In this document: piece after piece, positions 8,716 to 16,628 of the stretch | Numbering within the stretch: the first letter of the stretch is position 1 | Layout: each line of letters opens with the position of its first letter | Assembly: GCA_964483385.1 (NCBI GenBank) | Contig: CAZACJ010000001.1 | Location: forward strand, 18,780-82,779 | Source: an uncultured Pirellula sp. | GTDB lineage: Bacteria; Planctomycetota; Planctomycetia; Pirellulales; Pirellulaceae | Reading direction: 5' to 3' | DNA length: 64,000 bases | Notes under the pieces: model-generated | The model's input: only the letters and a program-made list of their open reading frames with translations | What the model was told of the DNA's origin: nothing | Databases searched by the model: none | Program-made: the position numbers and the translations under genes

Positions 8716-10602
8716 TTAGAAGTGGGATCGTCCCCAACGTTCCAGGAACAGAAGAGCCCAGAGGCGGTCGCCGAAGTCCCAGTTTCCTGATTGATTTTTT
8801 GCGATAATTTCGGAGATAGCGGCGGTGTTAAGGAATTGGCTACAGAATGAGTTTGGGTCAGATAGTTGTTGGATTCCTTTGTTTTCGTGTCCTCGCATCC
8901 AGTAGCTAAGTGGGATTCTGAAACCCATTTTGGGTCGTGTTCGCAGTTCTTGAGGGATCCATTGTTTGAAGGTATTGCTGAGCATGGGTTTGACGTAGGT
9001 GCTGTCGACGAGATATTGGAATGGGATTTTCAGGGCATCTTCGATTAGTAGATGGTCGAGGAAGGGGCTTCGGCATTCCAATCCGTGAGCCATGCTGACG
9101 ATGTCGACTTTTGCGAGTAGGTCACCTGGAAGGTAGCTGAGCATGTCCGTGCGCATGGCTTTGAGGCCATCTCCCATGTTGGGTAGAGAGCGAATGATAT
9201 TTGAGAGGAAAGCGGCAGAATTTGGCTCTGAGGGTTGGAGTGGTCCAGCCGCGATTAGTTTGCGAACGTGCTCTCTGGTGAATGGGCTTATCCAATCCAC
9301 ATAGCGATTGCAGAATGGTTCGCGTAGGACGGTCAAGCGATTCTTGAGTTTGCCGAGTTTGGAAGATTGGTTCGTGCGTGGTAGTGCATTGACCCAGTTT
9401 CCGGTGAGGGACTTTCGAATCCAGCCAGGGAGTGCATCGAAACGGGACAGGGATTCGACAGTGCGATGTCGAGGGTATCCCGCGAAGGCTTCGTCTCCTC
9501 CGTCGCCGGTGAGTGCGACTTTGACGTACTTTCGGGTTTCTCTGGAGAGGAAGTAGGTAGGGATGGCGCTGCTGTCAGCGAATGGTTCATCGAAGAGCCA
9601 AACGAGTTGATCGAGAATATCCATCGATTCTGGTTCGACTTGTAGGCATCTGTGGTTTGTGTGCAGGTGATTGGCTGCTGTTTGCGCGTATTTCGATTCG
9701 TCGTATTCTTGGACACCGAAGCCGATAGTGAAAGTATTCAGTGGTGCATTGAGTTGTTCTTGGATCGCTCCTGTGATGACCGTGCTATCGATACCGCCGG
9801 AGAGAAAGCACCCGAGGGGAACGTCGCTTCTGAGTTGAGTCCTGACGGAATCTTTGAGGCGAGCGCGGATCATCTCTTGGCACTCTTCGAGTCTTAGGGA
9901 TGGATCTGGAGCGAGGTTTGGGGACCAGTACTGCGAGAGTTTTAGCTGATTATTTTCGATCAGACCGAAGTAGCCGGGTGGCAGTTTTTCTAGGCCTTCG
10001 AATGCGGTATAGGGATGGGGAATGTATCCATAGAGTAGGTATTCGGTGATAGCCTCTTGGCGTAGTCGTTTGGCGAAGAAGGGAAGTTGCAGAAGGACTT
10101 TGATTTCGCTACCGAAATAGAAACCGTGGGGAGTGCTGTGATAGATGAATGGTTTTTGGCCTAAGCGATCTCGGGCGAAGAAGAGTCGTTTTTTGCGATC
10201 ATCCCAGATGGCGAAGGCGAACATACCTCGGAGATGTTTTAAGCAATGCTCGCCGTACTCTTCGTAGAGGTGAACGATTACTTCTGTATCCGATCGAGTT
10301 TCGAATCGATGTCCTTTTCGCAGCAGGTCTTCGTAGAGTTCTACGTAGTTATAGATTTCGCCATTGAATACGATCCATACGTCTTTGGTTTCGTTGTGTT
10401 GGGGTTGTCCACCACCTTCGACATCGATGATGGAGAGGCGTCGGTGTCCGAGTGTCACTCCGTGATTTGAGTTGTGGATTTGTCGATGGATTCCTCTTCC
10501 ATCGGGCCCGCGATGCGACATCGCGTCGGTCATTGAATCGAAGACGGATTCTTGGATGAATCCGTTAGCGTTCCACCAAAATGCTCCGCTGATTCCACAC
10601 AT
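8716..10602 (-). CDS. asnB: Asparagine synthase (glutamine-hydrolysing)-like amidotransferase
   Basis: 628 aa. N-terminal Ntn Cys (MCGISG), HRGPDG, LGHRRLSIID, VFNGEIYNY, LSGGIDS, LTGDGGDEAFAGY. The EPS context suggests glycan amidation. Confidence 0.93.
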   Translation of the reverse strand: MCGISGAFWWNANGFIQESVFDSMTDAMSHRGPDGRGIHRQIHNSNHGVTLGHRRLSIIDVEGGGQPQHNETKDVWIVFNGEIYNYVELYEDLLRKGHRFETRSDTEVIVHLYEEYGEHCLKHLRGMFAFAIWDDRKKRLFFARDRLGQKPFIYHSTPHGFYFGSEIKVLLQLPFFAKRLRQEAITEYLLYGYIPHPYTAFEGLEKLPPGYFGLIENNQLKLSQYWSPNLAPDPSLRLEECQEMIRARLKDSVRTQLRSDVPLGCFLSGGIDSTVITGAIQEQLNAPLNTFTIGFGVQEYDESKYAQTAANHLHTNHRCLQVEPESMDILDQLVWLFDEPFADSSAIPTYFLSRETRKYVKVALTGDGGDEAFAGYPRHRTVESLSRFDALPGWIRKSLTGNWVNALPRTNQSSKLGKLKNRLTVLREPFCNRYVDWISPFTREHVRKLIAAGPLQPSEPNSAAFLSNIIRSLPNMGDGLKAMRTDMLSYLPGDLLAKVDIVSMAHGLECRSPFLDHLLIEDALKIPFQYLVDSTYVKPMLSNTFKQWIPQELRTRPKMGFRIPLSYWMRGHENKGIQQLSDPNSFCSQFLNTAAISEIIAKNQSGNWDFGDRLWALLFLERWGRSHF

Positions 10603-10605
10603 GAT

Positions 10606-11736
10606 TTACCGTTTCTTTGAGAGCATTTGGTGATAGACCTTGCGATATGCGTCTTGCATAGCACGGTCGGAGAATCGGAGTTGGGCGTCTATTTTTCCGG
10701 CTTGCCCGAGCAGCTTAGCTCGATTTTGGTTAGCTAAGACTTCGGTCAGTAGCACACTTAGAGCTTCAGGATCTCTTGCGGGTGCTAGTAGTCCATTTCG
10801 TTGGTGTTCGATAATTTCGGGAAGTCCACCGACATTTGAGCAGACGCATGGGATACCAGCAAACATGGCTTCGATTACCGTCAGTGGGATACCTTCGGAA
10901 ATGCTTGTAAGTAGAAATGCATCTGCGGCGTGTATCAGTACTTCAACATCTGTCCGATTCCCGAGGAGGCGGACATGGTGGTTGATCGCGAGTCTTTGGA
11001 TCTCTTGGACGATTTTGTCGTGTTCTTCTCCTTCGCCTACGATCCAAAGCTTAGCGTCTGGGAGTTGAGCGACGGTTTTAGCGAAAGTTTGGATTGCGGT
11101 GATATGGTCTTTGAGTGGATGAAGTCGTGCGACTTGGATAACGACGGGGGCATTGGGGTTGGTATCGAGAGAGTGTCGCACCGCGACTCTTTGTTCGGTG
11201 GTTATAGGAGTGGAGTAGCGTTCCGAAGCAACACCGTTGTAGATCACCTCGATTCGGTTTTCGGGGATTTCTTCGAAGTCGATGAGGGCTTGTTTGACTT
11301 GTTTTCCAACTGCGACAACGCGATCGCAGCGTTTCAGTAGGAATCGATTTGCTAGGCAACGTTTTGGTCGCCGCATATCCGGGAATGCGCGTCCATGTTC
11401 GGTGAATAGGATAGCGGGCTTATTTGCCAGGAGACCTCGGGAGGCGGATGAGTAGAAAAACGGGGCGTACTGATGGGCATGTACGATGGCTACTTTTTCT
11501 TCAATGAACAGTTTGTGGAGTCTTTTGGTCAAGCCGTAGTCGAAGCCGGGCTTTCGATTCAATACGGTAACTTTGAATCCTTCTTGCTGCATTACGGAGG
11601 CCATGTTTCCGGCTTCGTCTAAGCAAACGTAGATTACTTCGAAGGCATCGCGTTGCTGCCGTCCAAACTCGCAGGCGAGGACTTCTGCGCCACCGGTATT
11701 GAGGGTGTGTAGAACGTGGCAAATAACCGGTTTCAT
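10606..11736 (-). CDS. Glycosyltransferase family 4 (GT-B)
   Basis: 376 aa. GGAE N-terminal motif, VARLHPLKDH, SISEGIPLTVIEAM (E-x7-E), VGGLPEII. Confidence 0.92.
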   Translation of the reverse strand: MKPVICHVLHTLNTGGAEVLACEFGRQQRDAFEVIYVCLDEAGNMASVMQQEGFKVTVLNRKPGFDYGLTKRLHKLFIEEKVAIVHAHQYAPFFYSSASRGLLANKPAILFTEHGRAFPDMRRPKRCLANRFLLKRCDRVVAVGKQVKQALIDFEEIPENRIEVIYNGVASERYSTPITTEQRVAVRHSLDTNPNAPVVIQVARLHPLKDHITAIQTFAKTVAQLPDAKLWIVGEGEEHDKIVQEIQRLAINHHVRLLGNRTDVEVLIHAADAFLLTSISEGIPLTVIEAMFAGIPCVCSNVGGLPEIIEHQRNGLLAPARDPEALSVLLTEVLANQNRAKLLGQAGKIDAQLRFSDRAMQDAYRKVYHQMLSKKR

Positions 11737-11765
11737 ATTTGGGATCCCTCGGGCAAGCGTTCGGA

Positions 11766-12692
11766 TTATTCGTTGAAGGGTTGCTTGCCAAAATACTTAA
11801 TTCGAATTGCATCGAGGACATTTTGGTCGAACATGTGTGTTGCCCAAACGAGCGAATCGTGGGCGGCGTAGAAGGTATGTTCTAGCACATTGATGGGTGG
11901 AAGCTCGGTAGAGGTTTCGTAGCCAAGTTTCCTGAGCATTGCGCCAGCGGTGCGTTCAAAGATTTGGATGGATTTTTGGGATAGGTTAGTTTTCCATTTG
12001 TTCGAGTTGTTCCCGCGAACGCGACTTGCCATCTGTTCAATTTGTTCATCGGAAGCTTGATATTCCAAGAATGCGAGCAAGCGCCGGAGAATGGGTTCGG
12101 GGTCTTCGAGAAGTTTTTCGTATCGGATGCTGAGGAGTTGGTTTTCGGGGATTCTCTTTTCCGATTCCAAAAGGGCGTTACAACAGGTTCTCCAGTACTC
12201 AGCGGCGGCCCAAATGTTATTGGGGCCCCATTTTCGTTCGAGGAGAGAATTGGCTACATCACGGCCATCGCGATAAATAAAGATGAACTTAGCGTTTGGG
12301 AATAGATCCGCGAGTAAGGGGACGTGAAAGCTAAAGCTTGGAGTCTTGTCTGCCCAGCGTGGAAAGCCGAGTTTTCGGGAGCGAGCCAAGCAGATTTGAT
12401 TCACCAGTTCTGAATAGGACTTCGGTTCTGTAGCTTGATATAAATCGTCGAGATCCCAAGGTATTTCCCATTGCATTATGGGTCGTTCTCGAATGATTCT
12501 TCCTGCGATGCTCTTAAAGACTTTCGGGTTTGCTAGATCGCTTTGGAGGGCGACAGATGCGTATTTTGTAATAAAGTGGGTTTCGACGGCATTTCCCCAA
12601 TCGCTAGGGAGCAAGAAGCCTCCGATCAGTGTCGTTCCGGACCTTGGGCAACCAAGTACGAACATGGGGCGCAGGTCTTCATTCTGATTCAT
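11766..12692 (-). CDS. Sulfotransferase (Sulfotransfer_3/Stf0-like)
   Basis: 308 aa. 5'-PSB loop GCPRSGTTL, WADKTP, 3'-PB motif YRDGRDVANS, IRYEKLLEDPE. Confidence 0.9.
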   Translation of the reverse strand: MNQNEDLRPMFVLGCPRSGTTLIGGFLLPSDWGNAVETHFITKYASVALQSDLANPKVFKSIAGRIIRERPIMQWEIPWDLDDLYQATEPKSYSELVNQICLARSRKLGFPRWADKTPSFSFHVPLLADLFPNAKFIFIYRDGRDVANSLLERKWGPNNIWAAAEYWRTCCNALLESEKRIPENQLLSIRYEKLLEDPEPILRRLLAFLEYQASDEQIEQMASRVRGNNSNKWKTNLSQKSIQIFERTAGAMLRKLGYETSTELPPINVLEHTFYAAHDSLVWATHMFDQNVLDAIRIKYFGKQPFNE

Positions 12693-12810
12693 GCTGCTTG
12701 AAATTCTCCAATACTTAGGATTTGCAAAATTCGTTCACCGTGGGGTGATTGGAGAAGGGGGCGGTGCCAACTCTTGATTGCGGATGGGCTTTATGTTTAT
12801 TTCGTGGAGA

Positions 12811-14166
12811 TCAGCTCGGGACGGGTACAAGGTCGCTTTCCCAGTATTCCGCATCTACCGCTTGTTCGTCCTCAAGTATTTCTCCTTCGATGGGTTGAAG
12901 ATCTAGGGTTCGGTTCAATCCGTAGCGATAATTGACTGCACCTGCGACGAGACCTCCGCACATGTAGTAGATTTCCACCAGAAGTGAGCTTGAGAAGATG
13001 GACGCGAGCGACACGGCGATCATGCCTGAGAGGCCCGCAAGGAGCGCTAGTCGTTCTTCATTGGTCGTGTCGTTTCGGCGTAGGTAAAGGAACGCCAAGA
13101 GCATATTGAGTAGAAAAAAGCAATAGTAGCCAGTAAACCCTACGATCCCGTAGTCTGCCAGGACTTCGATCGGGGTGTTATGCGGATTTTTCATTCGGCG
13201 TTCGCCGCCGTCCAAATAAATTTCCGGAATGTATTTGATGACCTCGTAGCCGCTCATATTTGGACCATGTCCGAATAGTGGGCTTGTTTGGAATGCGGAA
13301 ATACCACCTTGCCAAGTATCGAAGCGGCTTCGTGCTGAGATGTCCAGGTCATCTGAGCCGGTAAAAACCGAGCTAAATTCTTCGACAACGCTTGGTCCAG
13401 CCAGGACGGATCCTGCGATTAGTCCTAGAACAAGGATAGAAAAGTTAAGTTGTGTTTTTGGGGCGAAAATGCAAATCACGCCGATCGCAGCAACTGCACC
13501 GATCATACATGATCTGGACTGCAGAAGCATGATTGCGTGCATTTGCAGGGTGAAGGCGATGAATGCAATACCGCGCCAATGGAGTTTGCGATCGTAAAGC
13601 ATAAGGCACAGGGAAAGCATAGCGAGCGCTGTGAAGATCATTGCAGCTTGGTTGCTACCGATGTTCCATCCCCAGCCATCATAGACGTATCGGCAGTAAC
13701 CGAGTTCCAAGTATTCTTTGGTCAGTCTGTAGACGCTGTAGAGCGAAGCGACCGTAGAGACTCGCAATAGAGCAAGCATCCGGGTGGGTTCAATGAATGC
13801 AACGCAACTAAAGCCGGCGACTAGAGCGATTTTCCAAAGAGAGCCGAAAAGAAAATTCGCCAATTGAGGGTCAACGGCATAGTAAGTACCCATAAAAGCG
13901 ACGCTAATCCAGACGAGTAGACCAAACATCGCAAATTTTTCGATTGGGTGGATGTATGGGATTTTCCTACAACGCAATAGGGCACCGACAAGCACTGCAA
14001 TGATGATGTAGCGTTCGAACGCTGCCTCTCGCGGAATGGAATAAGCCCAATTCCACTTTGGTTGTAAATATAGGAATCCGTAGTAGCCTACGACCCCCAT
14101 CCAGGGGCGAAAAACACTTAAGAGGAGCGCCAGGGCTAGGAGTGCCCAGACAACAATCGCGGCCAT
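12811..14166 (-). CDS. O-antigen ligase / Wzy_C family membrane protein (O-glycosylation ligase or polymerase)
   Basis: 451 aa with about 12 TM segments. LQSRSCMIG, RFDTWQGG, PLFGHGP and the conserved His motif NPHNTPIEVLADYGIVG. Confidence 0.85.
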   Translation of the reverse strand: MAAIVVWALLALALLLSVFRPWMGVVGYYGFLYLQPKWNWAYSIPREAAFERYIIIAVLVGALLRCRKIPYIHPIEKFAMFGLLVWISVAFMGTYYAVDPQLANFLFGSLWKIALVAGFSCVAFIEPTRMLALLRVSTVASLYSVYRLTKEYLELGYCRYVYDGWGWNIGSNQAAMIFTALAMLSLCLMLYDRKLHWRGIAFIAFTLQMHAIMLLQSRSCMIGAVAAIGVICIFAPKTQLNFSILVLGLIAGSVLAGPSVVEEFSSVFTGSDDLDISARSRFDTWQGGISAFQTSPLFGHGPNMSGYEVIKYIPEIYLDGGERRMKNPHNTPIEVLADYGIVGFTGYYCFFLLNMLLAFLYLRRNDTTNEERLALLAGLSGMIAVSLASIFSSSLLVEIYYMCGGLVAGAVNYRYGLNRTLDLQPIEGEILEDEQAVDAEYWESDLVPVPS

Positions 14167-14252
14167 TAGGTGATTTCCTGTATGTTACAGCGGTGTAATC
14201 AGCAACAAGGATGGTTCCAAACAATTTGGAGCAGTGATCTGCCCATACTAGT

Positions 14253-15128
14253 TTACCGGAGGGATTTCAAAAATAAAATCAGATCTTCGGTTTCTTCTGG
14301 GCTCAATGCGCCATCGGAGTAAGCCGGCATCAAAGATGTCTTGGTTTCACTCCATTCGATGTCGTCGTTTTTCGAGAATTGCGTAAGGGCGTATCCACTT
14401 TGGGATCGATTTACCAAGATCACTGCGTTTTCTTGCTCAAACAATCTGCCGGAGACCAGCTCGTCGTCGAGCATAGCTTTGCCGAAGCGGAATCCGCGAG
14501 ATAGGTAGCAGGAGGGGCATTTCATGGATTCAGCAAGGTAGGTTTCGTCATTGATGCCAACGCCGGAGAGATTGGGGGCAAGTAGGTGGTCGGCGGCGTT
14601 GACGGGGTTTAAGATGTGGCACTCGCCGCATTTTCCTTTGCCGTGGAAAATGGCTTTACCTCGATTGAGTTTTTCTAGGGACCAATTTGCGGCGGTTTGG
14701 TCTGCTTTTACTGGAGCCTGCCAGTCTTTAGCGGCACTCCAGAGTGGAGCGAAGTCATTGTTGTTATCGACAGACATTAGATAAGCGACGATTTGGAAGA
14801 GATTTTCACGTCCGATGTTTGAGGCTAATCCTGCGGGCATAAGTCCTTCGGTTGCCTTAAACGCAGCTGGGTCGACGACAGACTCCCACAAGTACTCTTG
14901 CGCAGAGAGACCAGGTTTTCTGGTTGCTGCCACGTTTGCGATCCCGTGTAAGCTTGGGCCAAACCCATTTTCTCCTGCTTCAAGACTATGGCATTTCAAG
15001 CAATACTTCTCAAAACCTTCCTTGCCTTCAGAAAGACGGACATTGGGTAGTTTCGAGGAGTAGTTCCATTCTCCGATTAGGACCAAGCCTAGGAGGAAGC
15101 AAGCGATTGCAGATAACTTGATTAGCAT
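14253..15128 (-). CDS. Membrane-anchored di-heme c-type cytochrome; C-terminal half resembles the PVC-type putative heme-binding domain
   Basis: 291 aa. N-terminal hydrophobic helix and two CxxCH motifs (CLKCH, CGECH), each followed by GPSL/APNL and a distal Met (LMPAG, SLMPAY). Confidence 0.85.
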   Translation of the reverse strand: MLIKLSAIACFLLGLVLIGEWNYSSKLPNVRLSEGKEGFEKYCLKCHSLEAGENGFGPSLHGIANVAATRKPGLSAQEYLWESVVDPAAFKATEGLMPAGLASNIGRENLFQIVAYLMSVDNNNDFAPLWSAAKDWQAPVKADQTAANWSLEKLNRGKAIFHGKGKCGECHILNPVNAADHLLAPNLSGVGINDETYLAESMKCPSCYLSRGFRFGKAMLDDELVSGRLFEQENAVILVNRSQSGYALTQFSKNDDIEWSETKTSLMPAYSDGALSPEETEDLILFLKSLR

Positions 15129-15187
15129 CTCTTGGGTAATCCTTCGGGGTGAGCAAGTAGTTGTGGCGACGTTTAGACCGAATTAAC

Positions 15188-16600
15188 TTAGGGCGCCGGG
15201 TCAAATTCGATGCGGTAGAGTGCCTTTTCCGCGTAGCTGCATGCGTATGCTACGTTTTTTCCTGCATAGTGCGTGTCCACGATTTGGTTAATTTTTGCTA
15301 CGAATTCTGATTTGACTTCGTAGTTTTCAGCATCCTTGGGGGTGATTCGTATGGCGCTCAATGCGTTGTCTCCGTAGGAGGCCATGAGGATTCGGTCTGC
15401 CCACTGGTTTTTTTCGTTCTTCGGGACGTAACTGATGCCTTGGGCACTTGAGAAACGTTTTAAGGGAGGCGTTCCCCCTTCCACGGTAACGCCGTCAACG
15501 GAGTCGTAGGGGAATCTGAGGTTCGAGCCTTGTTCCACCAGGCACAATTTATCGCCGAGTTCCGCGAAGTTAGGATCGTTATCCGTAACATAAATTTTTT
15601 CGAGGGGGCCCAAAGTGATTCCGTAGGGATTACGTAGGCCTTGTGCAAAGGTTTCGATGTCTGTTCCATCGAGGTTGCATCGGAGGATGGTTCCTTCGGT
15701 GTCGAGGACTGCAGGAGTGTGATCTGTCGAGACACCGACGGTGATGTAGAGTTTTTCCCCCACGATCTCGATTCCGTTGTTTTGGTGAAGTCCATCGGGC
15801 AGTTGTGCACCCGGAAGTGACTTGACGATATCTTCGTAATGATCGAATACACCATCTTGGTCCAGATCCTTAATTCTTGTTACTGCTCCGGTGCGTTCTT
15901 GAATCATGCGACCGGCTTCGGCGCGGCTGAATTGCCCCGCTCTCGAGACGAACAGATCGCCGTCGTGATAGCCCAAACCATGCGGGCGAGTGAATCCCTC
16001 TGCCACGCGTTTACTGGGAACATCTTTTTTACTGAAGTCATAGCGGTACACTGCGCCACCTTGTAAGTAGGCACCAATGTATCCGGCTACGAAGACTTCA
16101 TCGGCATTGGCTCCGGTTACCACGCTCGTTGGGTAAAAGGGAAGTTCGATTCGTTGGACTCGCACCCCTTTTGCAGATGAGACTTGAATGAGTCCGGAGG
16201 TGACGGATGCATCTGGATCGGATATCAGTCCGCTCAAGGTATCTCGGAAGAGTAGAAGGCTGATTGAGCCAACCCCGATCGCTAAGAAAGCCAGTTGCAA
16301 CCATCGCAGGTACTGTTTGCTATACTGACTGGCAAATAGGCTCGTGGCACTGAAGGCACCGATCCCCAGAGCGGCTATACGGGTGAAGAAGCCGACGCGT
16401 CCCTCTGCGTACCATCCAAACAGTAAGGACTGAACGAGGTTTTCTCCTCGCGTTCTTTGTGCGACGATGGCCAGAACGCCTAGTCCAATGCCAATGACTG
16501 CAAGTGCAACCCAACGCGATGAGCGTTTTCGGTAATCCAACAGCCATAGGCAGACTAGACAAAACGCGAAGTAGAAAAATAGGACTATTTGGACAAGCAT
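15188..16600 (-). CDS. Glucose/sorbosone (PQQ-type) dehydrogenase-like beta-propeller with N-terminal multi-TM anchor
   Basis: 470 aa. About 120 aa of hydrophobic N-terminus, then RPHGL, DLDQDGVFD, LHQNNGI, LYITVG, FAQGLRNPYGI and YVTDND motifs of the GSDH/sorbosone dehydrogenase family. Confidence 0.75.
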   Translation of the reverse strand: MLVQIVLFFYFAFCLVCLWLLDYRKRSSRWVALAVIGIGLGVLAIVAQRTRGENLVQSLLFGWYAEGRVGFFTRIAALGIGAFSATSLFASQYSKQYLRWLQLAFLAIGVGSISLLLFRDTLSGLISDPDASVTSGLIQVSSAKGVRVQRIELPFYPTSVVTGANADEVFVAGYIGAYLQGGAVYRYDFSKKDVPSKRVAEGFTRPHGLGYHDGDLFVSRAGQFSRAEAGRMIQERTGAVTRIKDLDQDGVFDHYEDIVKSLPGAQLPDGLHQNNGIEIVGEKLYITVGVSTDHTPAVLDTEGTILRCNLDGTDIETFAQGLRNPYGITLGPLEKIYVTDNDPNFAELGDKLCLVEQGSNLRFPYDSVDGVTVEGGTPPLKRFSSAQGISYVPKNEKNQWADRILMASYGDNALSAIRITPKDAENYEVKSEFVAKINQIVDTHYAGKNVAYACSYAEKALYRIEFDPAP

Positions 16601-16628
16601 TTACTGTCTCCGCCTTGGATGACTTTCT

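Noticed and set aside
14505-14519. CPSCY as a third heme site in the cytochrome
   Set aside because: No His after CxxC, and it aligns with the usual 'IL.PS..I' segment of this domain. At most a disulfide.
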